The notes below the pieces were generated by a model, which did not search any database, was not told where the DNA came from, and was given only the letters and a program-made list of their open reading frames with translations. A program made the translations under genes and the position numbers. A DNA stretch of 61,858 bases, the filler included, from Hausera hauseri (taxonomy: Eukaryota): NCBI GenBank assembly GCA_046269625.1. It is 11 parts of 11 records of this genome, joined end to end, with 100 filler letters (N's around TTAATTAATTAA, not from the genome) between each part and the next. Parts side by side here need not be neighbours in the genome. Positions count along the whole stretch, not along the records: positions 1 to 9,209 come from JBJURY010433249.1; positions 9,310 to 15,060 come from JBJURY010195192.1; 9 more parts are not named here. The stretch is one strand, 5' to 3'. This document shows, one piece after another, positions 1 to 12,300 of the stretch; position 1 is the first letter of the stretch; each line of letters starts with the position of its first letter.

Positions 1-1138
1 GTAATGATGATGCTTCTCGAGGATGTAGTACCGAAAGGCTAGCACTATAAAACCGCATTTGACAACTTCTTCACTAGAATCCCGTTGTTAGAAGACATGT
101 GTCGGCTTGGATGGCTCGCCCTGGGAACCATTTGATCCAATCGCCTGAAAGGAGCTTTCACTATTCTGAAATCAGAAAGCCAACTAAAGAAGGAAGGGCG
201 TGGTTCGCATGATTGGGTCAGTGATTCAAAGTCAAACGTGACTGTCGTAAGATGGTTTGACAGATGTTCAGCTCAGATTGCCTCAAACTATATCAAAGGC
301 GATGTAGGAAATCTGGTTTCCAGATTCTCTAACAAGAATCGCAAGAAAATAAATATCCCTTGCCCAAATATTGTTCAAACTTACAATAAGAATATAGGCG
401 CGGTAGACCTTGCTGATGACCTGGCCAGCTATTATCTAGTGCAGATAAAGATAAGGAAGTTGTACAGACATCTTCCACCTTGTGCACTTGATCATTACAA
501 CAGCTGGCTGCTGTATTAAGGAGACGGTGATGTGAAAAAGATTCCCACAAAGAAACAGTTGTCTATCATACATTTCCAAGCCTCTATCGAAAACTCTCTG
601 TTGCAGCAAAACAAATCCACACATGCAACCATGGCACGAAGGCGCGGAAGACCCTCCAGTTCATCAACTTTATTAGAAGCTCAATGCTCATCTGCAAAAT
701 TGTGACGGAAAGCTATAGTTCCGGCACCTGAAAAAACGATTCAACAGAACTTCATGGATTAATTCCCTTTGTTTGCAGATAAGCAAAAAAGATGCCGTCT
801 CTGCACTCAGTGTCATAAGAGAGGACAGACCATCGTTATGTACTCGAAATGCAACATTCCTCTGTGTCTCGTCAAAAATAGAAATCGTTTTTACGATTGG
901 CATCATTGACCATCTATGCATTTTATACATTATATTCAGTTTTATCATGTTATCGACTTCGTGAAATAAATGTTCTTTAGTTGTCCGCTGTCTTTTTGAA
1001 AAGACAAATTTAAAAAATAGTTTAGAATATTGCTACGCATTTCTCAATATCAAAATAACTCATGGGGACCTCTAAACATCTTGAAAACAAATTTTGTCAT
1101 GTTTTGGACAAATATTTCAAACTGGCGAGGATAAGTGG
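1..1138 (+). mobile_element. piggyBac (PGBD-type) transposon, 3' part, with decayed transposase
   Basis: DNFFT motif at 61-75 and YNKNIGAVDLAD (third catalytic D region) in ORF 238-519. C-terminal Cys-rich domain (KRCRLCTQC...KCNIPLCL...FYDWHH*) at ~790-910. The element ends ...AGTGG followed by TTAA at 1139-1142. Stops and frameshifts are present. Confidence 0.88.
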
Positions 1139-1711
1139 TTAATGACTTTTCTTTTTCGGACCTTTAACCGCAAACTACCAACATTGATTTATTTGGTTAC
1201 AAAGGCCTCTACACACATCCACTTGCTTATAGGAAGTGATTCGAGCGGAGTAATTGGCTCTACTATAGCTGAAGTTCTATACAAATAACCGCAAATAAAG
1301 TGAAGGCCATTCTTTCGTACGAAACATTCTCTCACTTTAGTTTTATCGAATTCTGATTCTTGAAAGACGTAGTATTCTTTATTAGTTACTGCAGTCAATG
1401 ATGCCCTATTGGCATGTGGACATGTTTCTAAATCTAACAGAGAATATATGGGACACTATTTCGCTTGCTGCAGTCATGGGCGGTAATTGAAAATGTTTTC
1501 GTCATAAATATGAACAAAAAGAATATGGGTAAAATTGTAATTACCCAAGACCAGTTGATTCTGCTGTCTCTCTTATTGACGATATGAATGGTTTTCTATC
1601 GTTTATCTCTGAGCGATTGGTACCGATTCTTGCATTGTTTGGATTAAGCTATTGATCAATCCATCTCTACAATTTACATTAGTTTTTAGAGTTCTTGTGG
1701 AAATTTCTGTT

Positions 1712-2353
1712 TCATTCTATCTCTTCTTGGTTTAGATTGATACCGTTCCTCATCATTATTTTATATAGGTGATAAGATATAGTTGTTACAATTTTACTAC
1801 GAGATATACCGGTTCCCATCATTCTTGATAAAACAACTCTTTCTTGAATTTCATTTATCATTTCATCCGTAGGGATATCTGCAAATTGCTCATTAATCTT
1901 TGCAAATTCATTCCTTATAGTTTGCATTAATGGGTCTGGTATTTGTAGGTTAGTGTTGAACTCGACGAATGCATTATGTATTCTTATTAACACGGTTTGT
2001 AGTAATGTTGCCAATGGTACATTATCTACATCATATTCATCTTCTGTTGTTAGCAACATTCGGACAACTTCATCGTCTCTGGCTTTTCTACCTTTTAATT
2101 GATAAAGTTTTGTCGTTCCTTTAGGTCTTCCACGTGTTCTTTTATTTGTTTGTATTTGTTCTGATATAGGAATGTTCATTGCAGCTTCTACTTGTTGAGT
2201 CTGATGTTGATATTCAATCTCGTGTGTATCCCTTCGCCTAACATCAGTGATAATTTCATCAGTCATTTCTTGTTCAGTCTGTTTATAAGTAATACACACA
2301 GGATTGTATCGGTTTTCCCAGATACCCTCTTCATATAAAGTTTCATAATCCAT
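1712..2353 (-). CDS. Unknown 213-aa ORF with AT-hook-like motif, downstream of gag inside a putative LTR element
   Basis: Open frame containing RTRGRPKG. Same strand and codon style as the upstream gag; flanking frames (1143-1700, 2354-3100) look like decayed coding sequence. Confidence 0.45.
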   Translation of the reverse strand: MDYETLYEEGIWENRYNPVCITYKQTEQEMTDEIITDVRRRDTHEIEYQHQTQQVEAAMNIPISEQIQTNKRTRGRPKGTTKLYQLKGRKARDDEVVRMLLTTEDEYDVDNVPLATLLQTVLIRIHNAFVEFNTNLQIPDPLMQTIRNEFAKINEQFADIPTDEMINEIQERVVLSRMMGTGISRSKIVTTISYHLYKIMMRNGINLNQEEIE

Positions 2354-3129
2354 CAGCGTTCATCCATAGAAACGCAAGTCTAATTCTCCTTGAGGCTGTT
2401 TTATTTCATTAATTCTATGCTTCAAAACGACTATCGTATACAACGACGTCATTCTTAAAACATGAAAGTCCTGACTGTATTGTTGATAAGTGACCATTAC
2501 TTATGGATTTTCTCCAACTATCCTTACTCTATCTGCATACCGCTAAATTATATACCGTACGACATTCTGATATGGACTTGTGCCAGCAGCATACATTAGC
2601 AACAAGTCTAATAAATTAGCAAATTGGTGGTGGCTAATTGTTGGTGACAATAACATTGAGAGGTCCTGTCTAAACTGAATTCCATCAATTAATTCCTGGT
2701 TCGCATAGTTGGATATCGTCCGAACTATTTCTATATCATCCTGATCTAAGTTTATGGGTGAGCTGTCAAACTCTGGTGACCTTTCTTTTGCTTTCTTTCT
2801 TCTTATTCTTTTTATCTTTTCCTTCGATTTAGATTCGCTTTCCTCAGTTTCGCTTCCAGAAGGTAAATTTAATTCAGGAGTGTTTAATTCTTCTTATATG
2901 AGAAGTTTATCTTTTCTCTTAATTTTCTTCTTTTCGGTTTCTGATTCAGACTCAGGGAAATTTTTGGGCCTACAACTGGGGCTATGGTGGTATTTTCACT
3001 TAGCATTTTGTGCCTTTCTTCACCAGTCTGCTGTTCTTTTAATTCGGGGTACAGCCGTTTTAATTCAACTGTGTTATTCTCATCATTTAATGTATTAGTC
3101 TTGCTTTCTTTTAGCTTAGATCTAATCTT

Positions 3130-4170
3130 TTACTGAAGTTTTTCTATCGTATCTTCAGGTTCTGTATCTGTGGTCTCACGTTCTTTATTTGTGTCGGATA
3201 TATTTCCAATCATTTCGACCTGCTTTTTCTTTTGGTTCGATTGTCCTTGCTTAGGGCAGGAACGACCCATATGTCCATATTTCTGACCTGAAAAACATAA
3301 TGGCTGTCCATCTTGATTTACCGTAGGCTTTCTCATTGCAGATTTCTGAAGTTGGTTTTGTCAAGAGACCTTTTTTTGTTGTTGTTCCGGTTGACCAGAA
3401 TACTTCTGAGAAGGCTTTTGCTGAAAATTTTTCTGTTGGAATTTTTGCGATTTTTTGTGATCATTTTTGGGATGTTTCTTAATATTCTCAAGTGTTTCGT
3501 AATTTACTTCAATCTTTCTGGCCTTATTGATGGCTTCTTTATATATATCCGGATCTGCAACAATAATATATTTCTAGATTTTCTTATTGACACCATAATA
3601 GAATTGAGCGAAAAGGGCATCTTCCCTTATATCATCATTTGCATAAACTCTGTGAGCCAGTTTCTGAAAGGCACATGCAAACTCTTGCACGATTTTGCCT
3701 TTCCTTTGACGCTGCCTGTTAAACTTTTCTATTCGACCTTTTCCTGATGGGTTTACTAAGAGATTTTTTTTCGAGGGCGTCCTTAAGGCTGGTCTAAACA
3801 GCCTTATCTTTATTGTCCTTTTATTTGTGCATAAGCACTTAGTGCTATATCTTTAAATTGTAAAGGGAGTCTCTTTATTCTCAGTTCATCTGTCCAGTTA
3901 AAGCTTTCCGAATACATTTCGTATTGCATAATAAACTCTGCATAATCTTGATCAGGTTTGGCCTCGTATTTATCCATCGGTAACCTCATGGTTCCTGATA
4001 GATTACTGCCAATACTTGCACCTAATCCTGAATTTGATATTTCTGGTTTCTCGTTAAGATTTATCTGTGGATTTTCGTCTGATTCGGAACTACTCCTTGC
4101 CGAATCAGTACTCGAAGCCGTATTAGTAGCGTGTATACGTTTACATCGTAAAGAATACGACGCCAGTGTG
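3130..4170 (-). pseudogene. Gypsy-type gag (capsid domain plus degenerate zinc knuckle), disrupted
   Basis: Minus-strand translation MRLPMDKYEAKPDQDYAEFIMQYEMYSESFNWTDELRIKRLPLQFKDIALSAY resembles a Gypsy capsid. Knuckle CFSGQKYGHMGRSC (CX2CX4HX4C with one C lost) lies in ORF 3130-3336. Confidence 0.75.
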
Positions 4171-4172
4171 CC

Positions 4173-4196
4173 TCCTCATTCGGGACACCAGTGACA
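4173..4196 (-). promoter_or_regulatory. LTR 3' end (...TGTCA) followed by primer-binding-site-like TGGTGTCCCGAATGAGG
   Basis: Minus strand reads TGTCA-C-TGGTGTCC immediately upstream of gag, the canonical LTR/PBS geometry. The cognate tRNA and the LTR 5' boundary were not determined. Confidence 0.65.
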
Positions 4197-7100
4197 AGTT
4201 TATAGGTTAAAAAAGTTTGGATTTTCTCAATCCTAAACTTATACTCTAGGACAATAGTAGGAAGAGTCTAGGGAGTTTTACTCCCATGACTTGACTTCTT
4301 ATTTATTCTTTTGAGCAGCCTGTTGGGTCTGCTCAATAGATTATTTATTGGGTGTGCGCTTCGAACACTAGGAGGTACACCGGTGTCGTGTTCTTTTATT
4401 TATTGGATTTTAGACAACCGTCTTATGAACGGAATACCGATAAACGCCCTTTTATTTAGTTTAGTTAACCTTATATCAAATAAGTAGTTTGAAAATAAAA
4501 CAAATATATTAATCAAATTGAATAACCAAGCAATGATTTAAAAACTTACATAAATTGTAATGATGCATAATACGATGATGATTCAAAGAAAAATGAAATA
4601 TTGTGTTTGTCTTTTAAAATACATGCTTATATAGCATATTTCATTGCACCAAAATTATAACATAATTCCTTATCACTTTTCTTATAACCAATAGAATTGT
4701 CAGCCAATAAAAAGAAATGAAAATAAAATCAACAATAATCAAGCGTTTTATTGTTACATCCAATAGTAAATCAAATATGATTTTACTGCATTAATCAATA
4801 GTCAATAATTCACTAGTTGTCGACATATAGGTATTACATTCGGATTGCATAGACAATGAGGATACACAATCATTATTAAAATATTTATTCAATTATTGAG
4901 TATTTTGTTTAATATTGTTCTTCATCATTTTGCATGTTTTTTGAAATCATTCCACAATTGATTTTATTTATTTTTAATATCTCACCTTTTTAACATCAAA
5001 CTTTCATTAAATTACAAAAAAGCAATATTTATGTTACAACTCGAAGTTGAACTAATTTAACGCGAATTATGACAATGTATTTGATAATATATCAGTTTTT
5101 CGCTTTCATTGTTGTCAATCGGATTAATCAATTAAACTCAGTAAGTCAGTATTGTTCACGTTTACTTCGTGGCTCTAACTTTAGCAGATACCACAGGTTC
5201 AGTTTCTTATTTAGAATGCCCCTGGATATCGGACATATCATGACTGTCAGAAGTTATTTAGAAATAGTACCAGATATGCATAGTATTTAAGTTTAACAAT
5301 TTGTAAGCAAGGTTATCAAAATAAAGTAAAATCTTCCAAAGTATGATTCACGATACAAAAATAATTCCAGAAAAATTTTATGATTTGTAACACAGGCAAA
5401 ACCCATTAAACAGTCAACAATGTAGTTATTTTCCGAAGAGAAATATGTATGTGTCCAGGATATTCGTTATTTTCTTAGAGAAATTGTGTGTGTAATAACA
5501 TTTGTTAGTCAGAGATAATAGATTCTAAATGGCCAAAGTCATGAGACTTCTAAAAATAGAGTTTGTTGGCAATTAGACAAAACAGGTCATGATCGAAATG
5601 TACTTATTAAGTAATTAATTTTCTTTCATTATATTGGGCATTTTAAACGGTAACAACATGTGAAGTCGAGACGTCGTACATATCCTTTTTATGTCCAACG
5701 TCGTCTGAACCAACACCAATAAATATAATTGAGGTATGAATTATTTTTAATTAACATCTGCAGCTAAATAATTTTATTTTATTCGTAATTATTTTCTGTA
5801 ATAATATGTAATATGAATGAGTGCAATAAAACTTGTTCGAACGCGTGTAGTTCTATATGACGGGTGTTAGGGTTTGTTAATAAAATAAACCAACAAACTC
5901 GAACTCGAATTGAGGTCGAACCGATCCAGAATATCCCAGTCAAACAGAAAACGGATACACATTAACGTTTATTTGAGTTATCCGAGATCAATGTCATTAA
6001 TAATTATATTTATGATTTGAAACATTACAATCCAGAATAATTGACTATCACTATGTGAATATTTCTGCCTAAGTAATAAATCCTTCTGTATATAAATGTC
6101 TTGTTTTGATTATGTTAAACCCCTTGGTGGGTATCTCCTACATTCCTGCAAATTGTAAATTATTGTTATTCAAAGCGTAAAATTATCAATTAATCAAAGT
6201 AATTATTGAATAATTAATATCCAAAAATTTTTTAATCTCGAAACAAACAAATTGCAAAAACTAGTTGTTATAGCACAACGTACAAATTTACTAGAACCAG
6301 AAATAAAATTAAACAATGTGATAGGCAAATTCAAAAATTTTAAGTCGTCAACAGGCTCAAAATACCCTTCTTATCAAAGTATCAATAGCTAATTAACCGT
6401 GATTTTCGTTAATGAAATAAAAGTGCAAACAAGTCAACAGTAAATTGCTCGTCTCAGTAAATCACACAAATTTCAAATGTTCCTTACGGTTCACATCATT
6501 GCACAAAATTAAGTACCCCGATTTGAAGAAAAACTAGAGGTTACACACGCACCTCGACACGCCGTTCTAAAAAATCAAATTTAGACCAAATGCACATAAA
6601 AATACACTCCATTGCAAAAAGTAAAATCCTTAGCGACATTTTCACATAGCCTGTTCAAGAAAATGCCAATCATGGAAATCTATGAAAAATACAGTCCGTG
6701 GCATTTTTCAATTCCTCACAGTAGCGCAAGAAATCCTCATGAACTTTAAACTGTTAAACAATGCATATGGCGGATTTCGAAATTAGTTTTGTCTAAAAAT
6801 CTCCATTCTTTCAACGCTAGCCCAAGACATTGTTTTTGGACATTTTAGTATAAAAATCAGCTATTAATCAGCAAAATTTTGCCGAATATTGAAAATCCAT
6901 GTCTGACCCGATAATTTGTTATTTAAACATAGAAATTTCATTTTTTATAATTCTAATTTTTCGGCAGTATATAAACTGCCACTAACGCCTAAAGCTACCA
7001 TTAAATTCTCACTATCATGCGAAAATTTTCCTACGACAAATTTTTCGAAGAACATAATCGAATACTTCTGTATCAAGCAGACCTAGTGGCAATTAAATTC

Positions 7101-9209
7101 CTAATTAACTTTATTACAGTTATTTTAATAATTCGACGATGAATCATCCAGTTTATACCGCCAAGAAATTGTTATTGATGTGTTTATTATCGGGCGTCAA
7201 GGAATCAATATTACAATTCTGATGCTCGACGAACTTCGAGAAGCGTTCAATATAATCAAATACGAGACGACCACTACAAAATCGTCACTAAAGGTATAAG
7301 ATATTAAACCTTAATACAGAGGTTTCCATTGACAATCTGAACAGAAATATTGGAGCAATCAATAATACGGAGAAAGTAATACGGATAATTAAAAATGTTT
7401 ATTGAATTAATTTGTTTAATTTAAAATTGTTATGCCATCTGATTATGTACGTCGTTTGTTTAATAAAACTGAATTTTTCTAGGTTAATTGTTAGCTTGGG
7501 GGAATTTATGCACCAAGCACGAGTTTATTTATTTATATGTAGTTCGGATCAATCAACCCTAAACTTTATCTTACTCAGTTCTAGAGTAGCAATCTGTGGA
7601 TTGCTATGACTTATTTAGTTATTTTTATTTGTCCTTACTGTGTGAGTACGATACCAGGAGTCAGACTGGTGGTCTCTCTCCTATTTAAGGTAGTTTAAAA
7701 TTAGCGTCGTTATTGACGCTAGAAAAAGTCGGGCCCTGTTTCAAAATTTATTTATATCTACTATTAAATGTTACTTTTAATACTAAAAATAAATGAAATG
7801 ATGCTACTAAAAATTTAATATTTATGACAAAATAACAAACAGAATAAAGAAAGCGAATCAATAAAAGGTACACTTACAATTACCAAGAGAATTTGATATC
7901 ATGTCTCGAAGGGTTCTTTTATTGTGTGTTTATATAGCATAATGCAGAGGTATTTATACCCCTTTGAAAAACAACAAAAATGCCATTTTTACAAGAAATT
8001 TTACAGATAATTTTTCTAACAACAAAAACAATTTTTATCACAAAAACAAAGATCCAAAATAATGAATCACGGATTTCTAGTTCATGTCACAAAAACAAAT
8101 CTGTTGATTCTCATTTAATAGACTGATGGATGTTATCGAAAGGATATACTGTCCTTTGAGGATATTATCTTAGGGAATATTGTTCAAGGAGGATTTATAC
8201 GGTAGATTTATATATATTAAAGAATAATCCACACTAAATGTCAATTCCCGAATATCCTGAAGAAGGCAGTATCTGTTGAATTATCGATTAATTAAATACC
8301 ATATTATTGGTCTTTCTTCTTATATGATAATTTTTATTATTTTTATTCACCACCTACCGTATTATTTCACCCATTCATTTCAGTTACAGAAACGGTGCAA
8401 TAAAACTATTAATTGCTTCATGAGAAACTTTGCTTTTGAAAAGTTTCCAAAACATATTGTTCAGTTGGATACAAAAGCATATAAGCCAATTGTCATCCAG
8501 GTTAATCAATGTTATTATTCGGAATAAGTCAATAATTTGATAAGATGCTGCTGAACGATTTTGATACGATTATCTGGATCGATATTTCTCAAAATAATTT
8601 AAAGCCAGTATCTGGTTTTGAATCGATATGGAAAGAAATACTGTTAAATGCATCAGTTACGGGAATTAAAGTTACGGATTTACGCCCATTGATCGTGTAA
8701 TGAAATTATCCTTTAGGGTTGGTCTTTGAATTGGCCTTCATCTAGTATTACACATCCGAAAATGTATCAGGCTCTTAATGTCAATGCTGAACAATTTTAT
8801 TTTCAGCGAATGATTAGTTCGAAAACAATTGTGATTTGTAGATCAGATTTTATTAAAGAGAAGGTATCCTTTATACATTTGAATTTCAATGAGATATTTT
8901 TTGTGAGAAAATAAACTTCAACGGGAAATATTTAAACTATTCGTGAAGATTAACAGTATCCATTACGCGATTATTCTTCATTGTCGTATAGTCTCTTTTA
9001 TCACTGTGTGCTTTAGTCATTATATTACATATAGTGACCAACTAGGGAAGTATTCGAATAGTGTCTAATGAAGTTTTATAAAATTTGGCAATTTAAAAGG
9101 GTTTCCATGCTGAAGTTGCAAATTTGTAACGAATTCGATCCTAGCCAATCATAAACATTAAATATTTTGACTAATATAAATTGCATATAGATTTTATTAT
9201 ATATGCACA

Positions 9210-9309
9210 NNNNNNNNNNNNNNNNNNNNNNNNNNNNNNNNNNNNNNNNNNNNTTAATTAATTAANNNNNNNNNNNNNNNNNNNNNNNNNNNNNNNNNNN
9301 NNNNNNNNN
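9210..9309. other. Artificial contig linker (N44-TTAATTAATTAA-N44). Also at 15061-15160, 20002-20101, 25526-25625, 29794-29893, 36150-36249, 41771-41870, 47877-47976, 52624-52723 and 57854-57953; plain 10-N gap at 26161-26170
   Basis: Identical 100-nt spacer with a multi-frame stop 12-mer, repeated ten times. Confidence 0.98.
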
Positions 9310-12300
9310 GGTAGGTTAAATGCTTTGCGTTATCGAATGTTGTTCTGTATGTTAAACAAAGACCAAGATATAGCAAAACCCTTTAGAGAAGAACGCAAAG
9401 AGCACGTTAGCAATACGAAGGTGCAGGAAAGAGAGTCGTCGCAGAATATATTCCGTATGGTAAGTAATACAATAAATTATTGGGCAAATAAGGATACAAA
9501 CGATGAAGCCAGTAAGAACGAAGAGGTCCACACTCAAGAAACCTCTTCAAAGTTGCCACCAGTAGAAAAGCAATTAGACGCCCCTGTAAATCAACGATTA
9601 CCAGAGGAACAGCACGAAGAGCAAACACAGTCTGATGATGGCCATTCTAGTCTAATACACATAATGACGGAACATAGAAACAAGAGTACACCTCACGAAT
9701 GTTCTGATCATCTAGAAAAAAGATCACCATACCCAGGTCAAAAGGAGGATTGGGAAGGCATTGATCCTACATATAAACCTCCACCGAAAAAAGGGAAATA
9801 TAGTTGTCCCAAGGAAATATTACAAAAAAAACCACGTTGACACTGAAGAATGGAAAAAGTTACCAGAGTCGCTAAAGGAGGCAATGGAAGAATTAAACGA
9901 GAACGGTTACGAATGGGAACCATATGAAACTAATAAACGTATAGCACCAGAGCTAATAAGGGTAATACGAGAAGATATGAATTTAACACTCAAGGAAACG
10001 ACTTATGAGACAAAGACGATCCTAACCATTATAACGAAGACGCTGTACCCTAAGGGAGTATATAATTACACAACGGCCAATGAGATAATTCCTTATTTTA
10101 GATTAATAAATAGCTTAAGGACAAGTCCAGCAGTCCTACCATCGTTGAGGGAAGAAATGAACCAAGTCTTATGCAGACTAGTACATCAGCCACCACATTT
10201 CCCAGTAAATTCAAAAAGAATAAGTGCAGAAGAAAAAGATATTCCAGACACTATAAAGAACTTACGCATTATAGCTGACAGGAATGAACAATGGTTAGAT
10301 GATATCGAACCGAAAACAGAATATGCTGCCCTGTCTAATCCCGACTACCCTGATACAAAATTGCGTATATATGGGGAAACTCCCAGAGAACGGAGTAGAG
10401 ATATCGTTAACTGCCTGTTGCTCCAAGGTAGCATAGACCAATTACCTTACGAGGATAAGGAAAATTTTATGAAACTGTATATGATTTTATACGAATCATA
10501 TTTTAATCGGTTGAGACAAGAAACAGGAATAGATCTTAGGAAATCAACCTATGATCATCCGTTACTCTTAATATCCAGTCTGTTATATATCTCATATAAG
10601 ATGCCGATAGACGATATACAATTCAGCCCATGGGTAGATTTTCAAACTAGGGTATATTACCAAGGATTTCGTTTATTACAACGAGTTATAAGAGAAATAC
10701 AGTTACAACCTATATGGTTACAACCAGCCAAGATTATGATAGGAACATGGAATGAAATGATGGGAATATCAGGCATAGAACCTATGTGTCCGAAACACGA
10801 GTTATTAATAAAGAACCGATTGGAAACTCATTCTATACTACAGATAATTCGTTGTTTACGATCATTCGATTTTCTAATAGAAAACCATAATTTAATGTAC
10901 GAAGAAAGTATAGTATATGGAGACAGAAATAAATATCAACCTTTATTCATTGGTAGTCGAAGGGAACGGATGATGATTACTCAATTTTTGCAAGAAAAAT
11001 CACAGTTGCATAAAGTAACTGATACAACTGACTCATCTACAGCAACTGATATAATTAACTATATCCAAAGATTATCTCCGAAATTAATAGTGAGTAGAAT
11101 TCCAAAAAAGATATTAAAAGCAGCCAATCAGTGTCTGGACTTGTTTAAATATTATGGCGAAGAGTTGAGTACTAACTCCCAGTCTGAAGCCTACGCGATT
11201 AAATGTTGGATGACTTATACACTCATGACCATAAAAGATAATGTCGTTCAAGAAGATATAAAACTTTTTGAGAAAGATGAAGCACAGGTAGTATGGAACG
11301 ATTATTTGAAACGAGATACGAATACTATATTGACCCCAGAGGACTATATGGATATAGATAGATTCGACACAGTGAATGCCAGTGGATTTTCTGGAAAATT
11401 AAATGCAATACGGTACCATACAATATTCTGTGAACTAAATGATAACGTCGAAATAACAAAACCATTTAAGGAAGAGAGAAAAAGAATAATAAACACTCGC
11501 AGACAAGAAATAGATAATAATAGAGAGACAGCAACGGTTAAGACAAGGGGCCACCGAACACCAAACGCTCTTGATAAACGAATCCTAAATTTATATTTTA
11601 ACAAAAACTTATCCAGAATGGAGGAAGATATAGATGAAAAGAAAAGAAATGGTGAGTTATGGTCAGAAAGCGATGACGATGACTCTATTGGCCAGATAAG
11701 TGTTAGTAGTAACGCTAACACAGATAAATTCGAACCTACCAAAGAAAGCATCTCAAATGCTACTAGAGAAAAAGAAGCACGGATAGTATGGAATGATTAT
11801 TTAAAACGGGATTTGAACACTATATTGACCTCAGAGGATTATATGGATATAAATAGATTTGACACGGTAAATGCAAGTGGATTTTCAGGAAAACTAAATG
11901 CAATACGGTATCATACGATATTCTGTGAGCTAAATGATAACAATGAAATAGCGAAACCATTTAAAGAAGAGAGACAAAGAATAATAAACATTCGTGGACA
12001 AAAAATGAATAATAATGAAAAAACGACAATAATTAAGACAAGGGGCCTTCGAACATCGAATGCTTTTGATGAGCGAATTCTGAATCTGTATTTTAACAAA
12101 AAGTTATCCAAAATTGAGGAAGATACAGATGAACCTTACAAGAAAGGAAATGATGAATTATGGTCAGAAAGCAATGATGATGACCCTATTAGCCAGATAA
12201 GTGTTAGTAGTAACGCTAACACAGATAAATTCGAACCTACCAGAGAAAACACCTCAAATGCTAGTGGAGAAAAAGAAGTACATGAACCAGTGTTGTCCAA

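Noticed and set aside
5400-9209. Decayed coding-like and LTR-like sequence, including a TTATATAGCATA motif shared with ~4627
   Set aside because: No recognisable domain or definable boundaries.
9254-9265. Recurrent TTAATTAATTAA palindrome
   Set aside because: Always centred in N runs, so it is an assembly linker. Gene neighbourhoods across these linkers were not interpreted.
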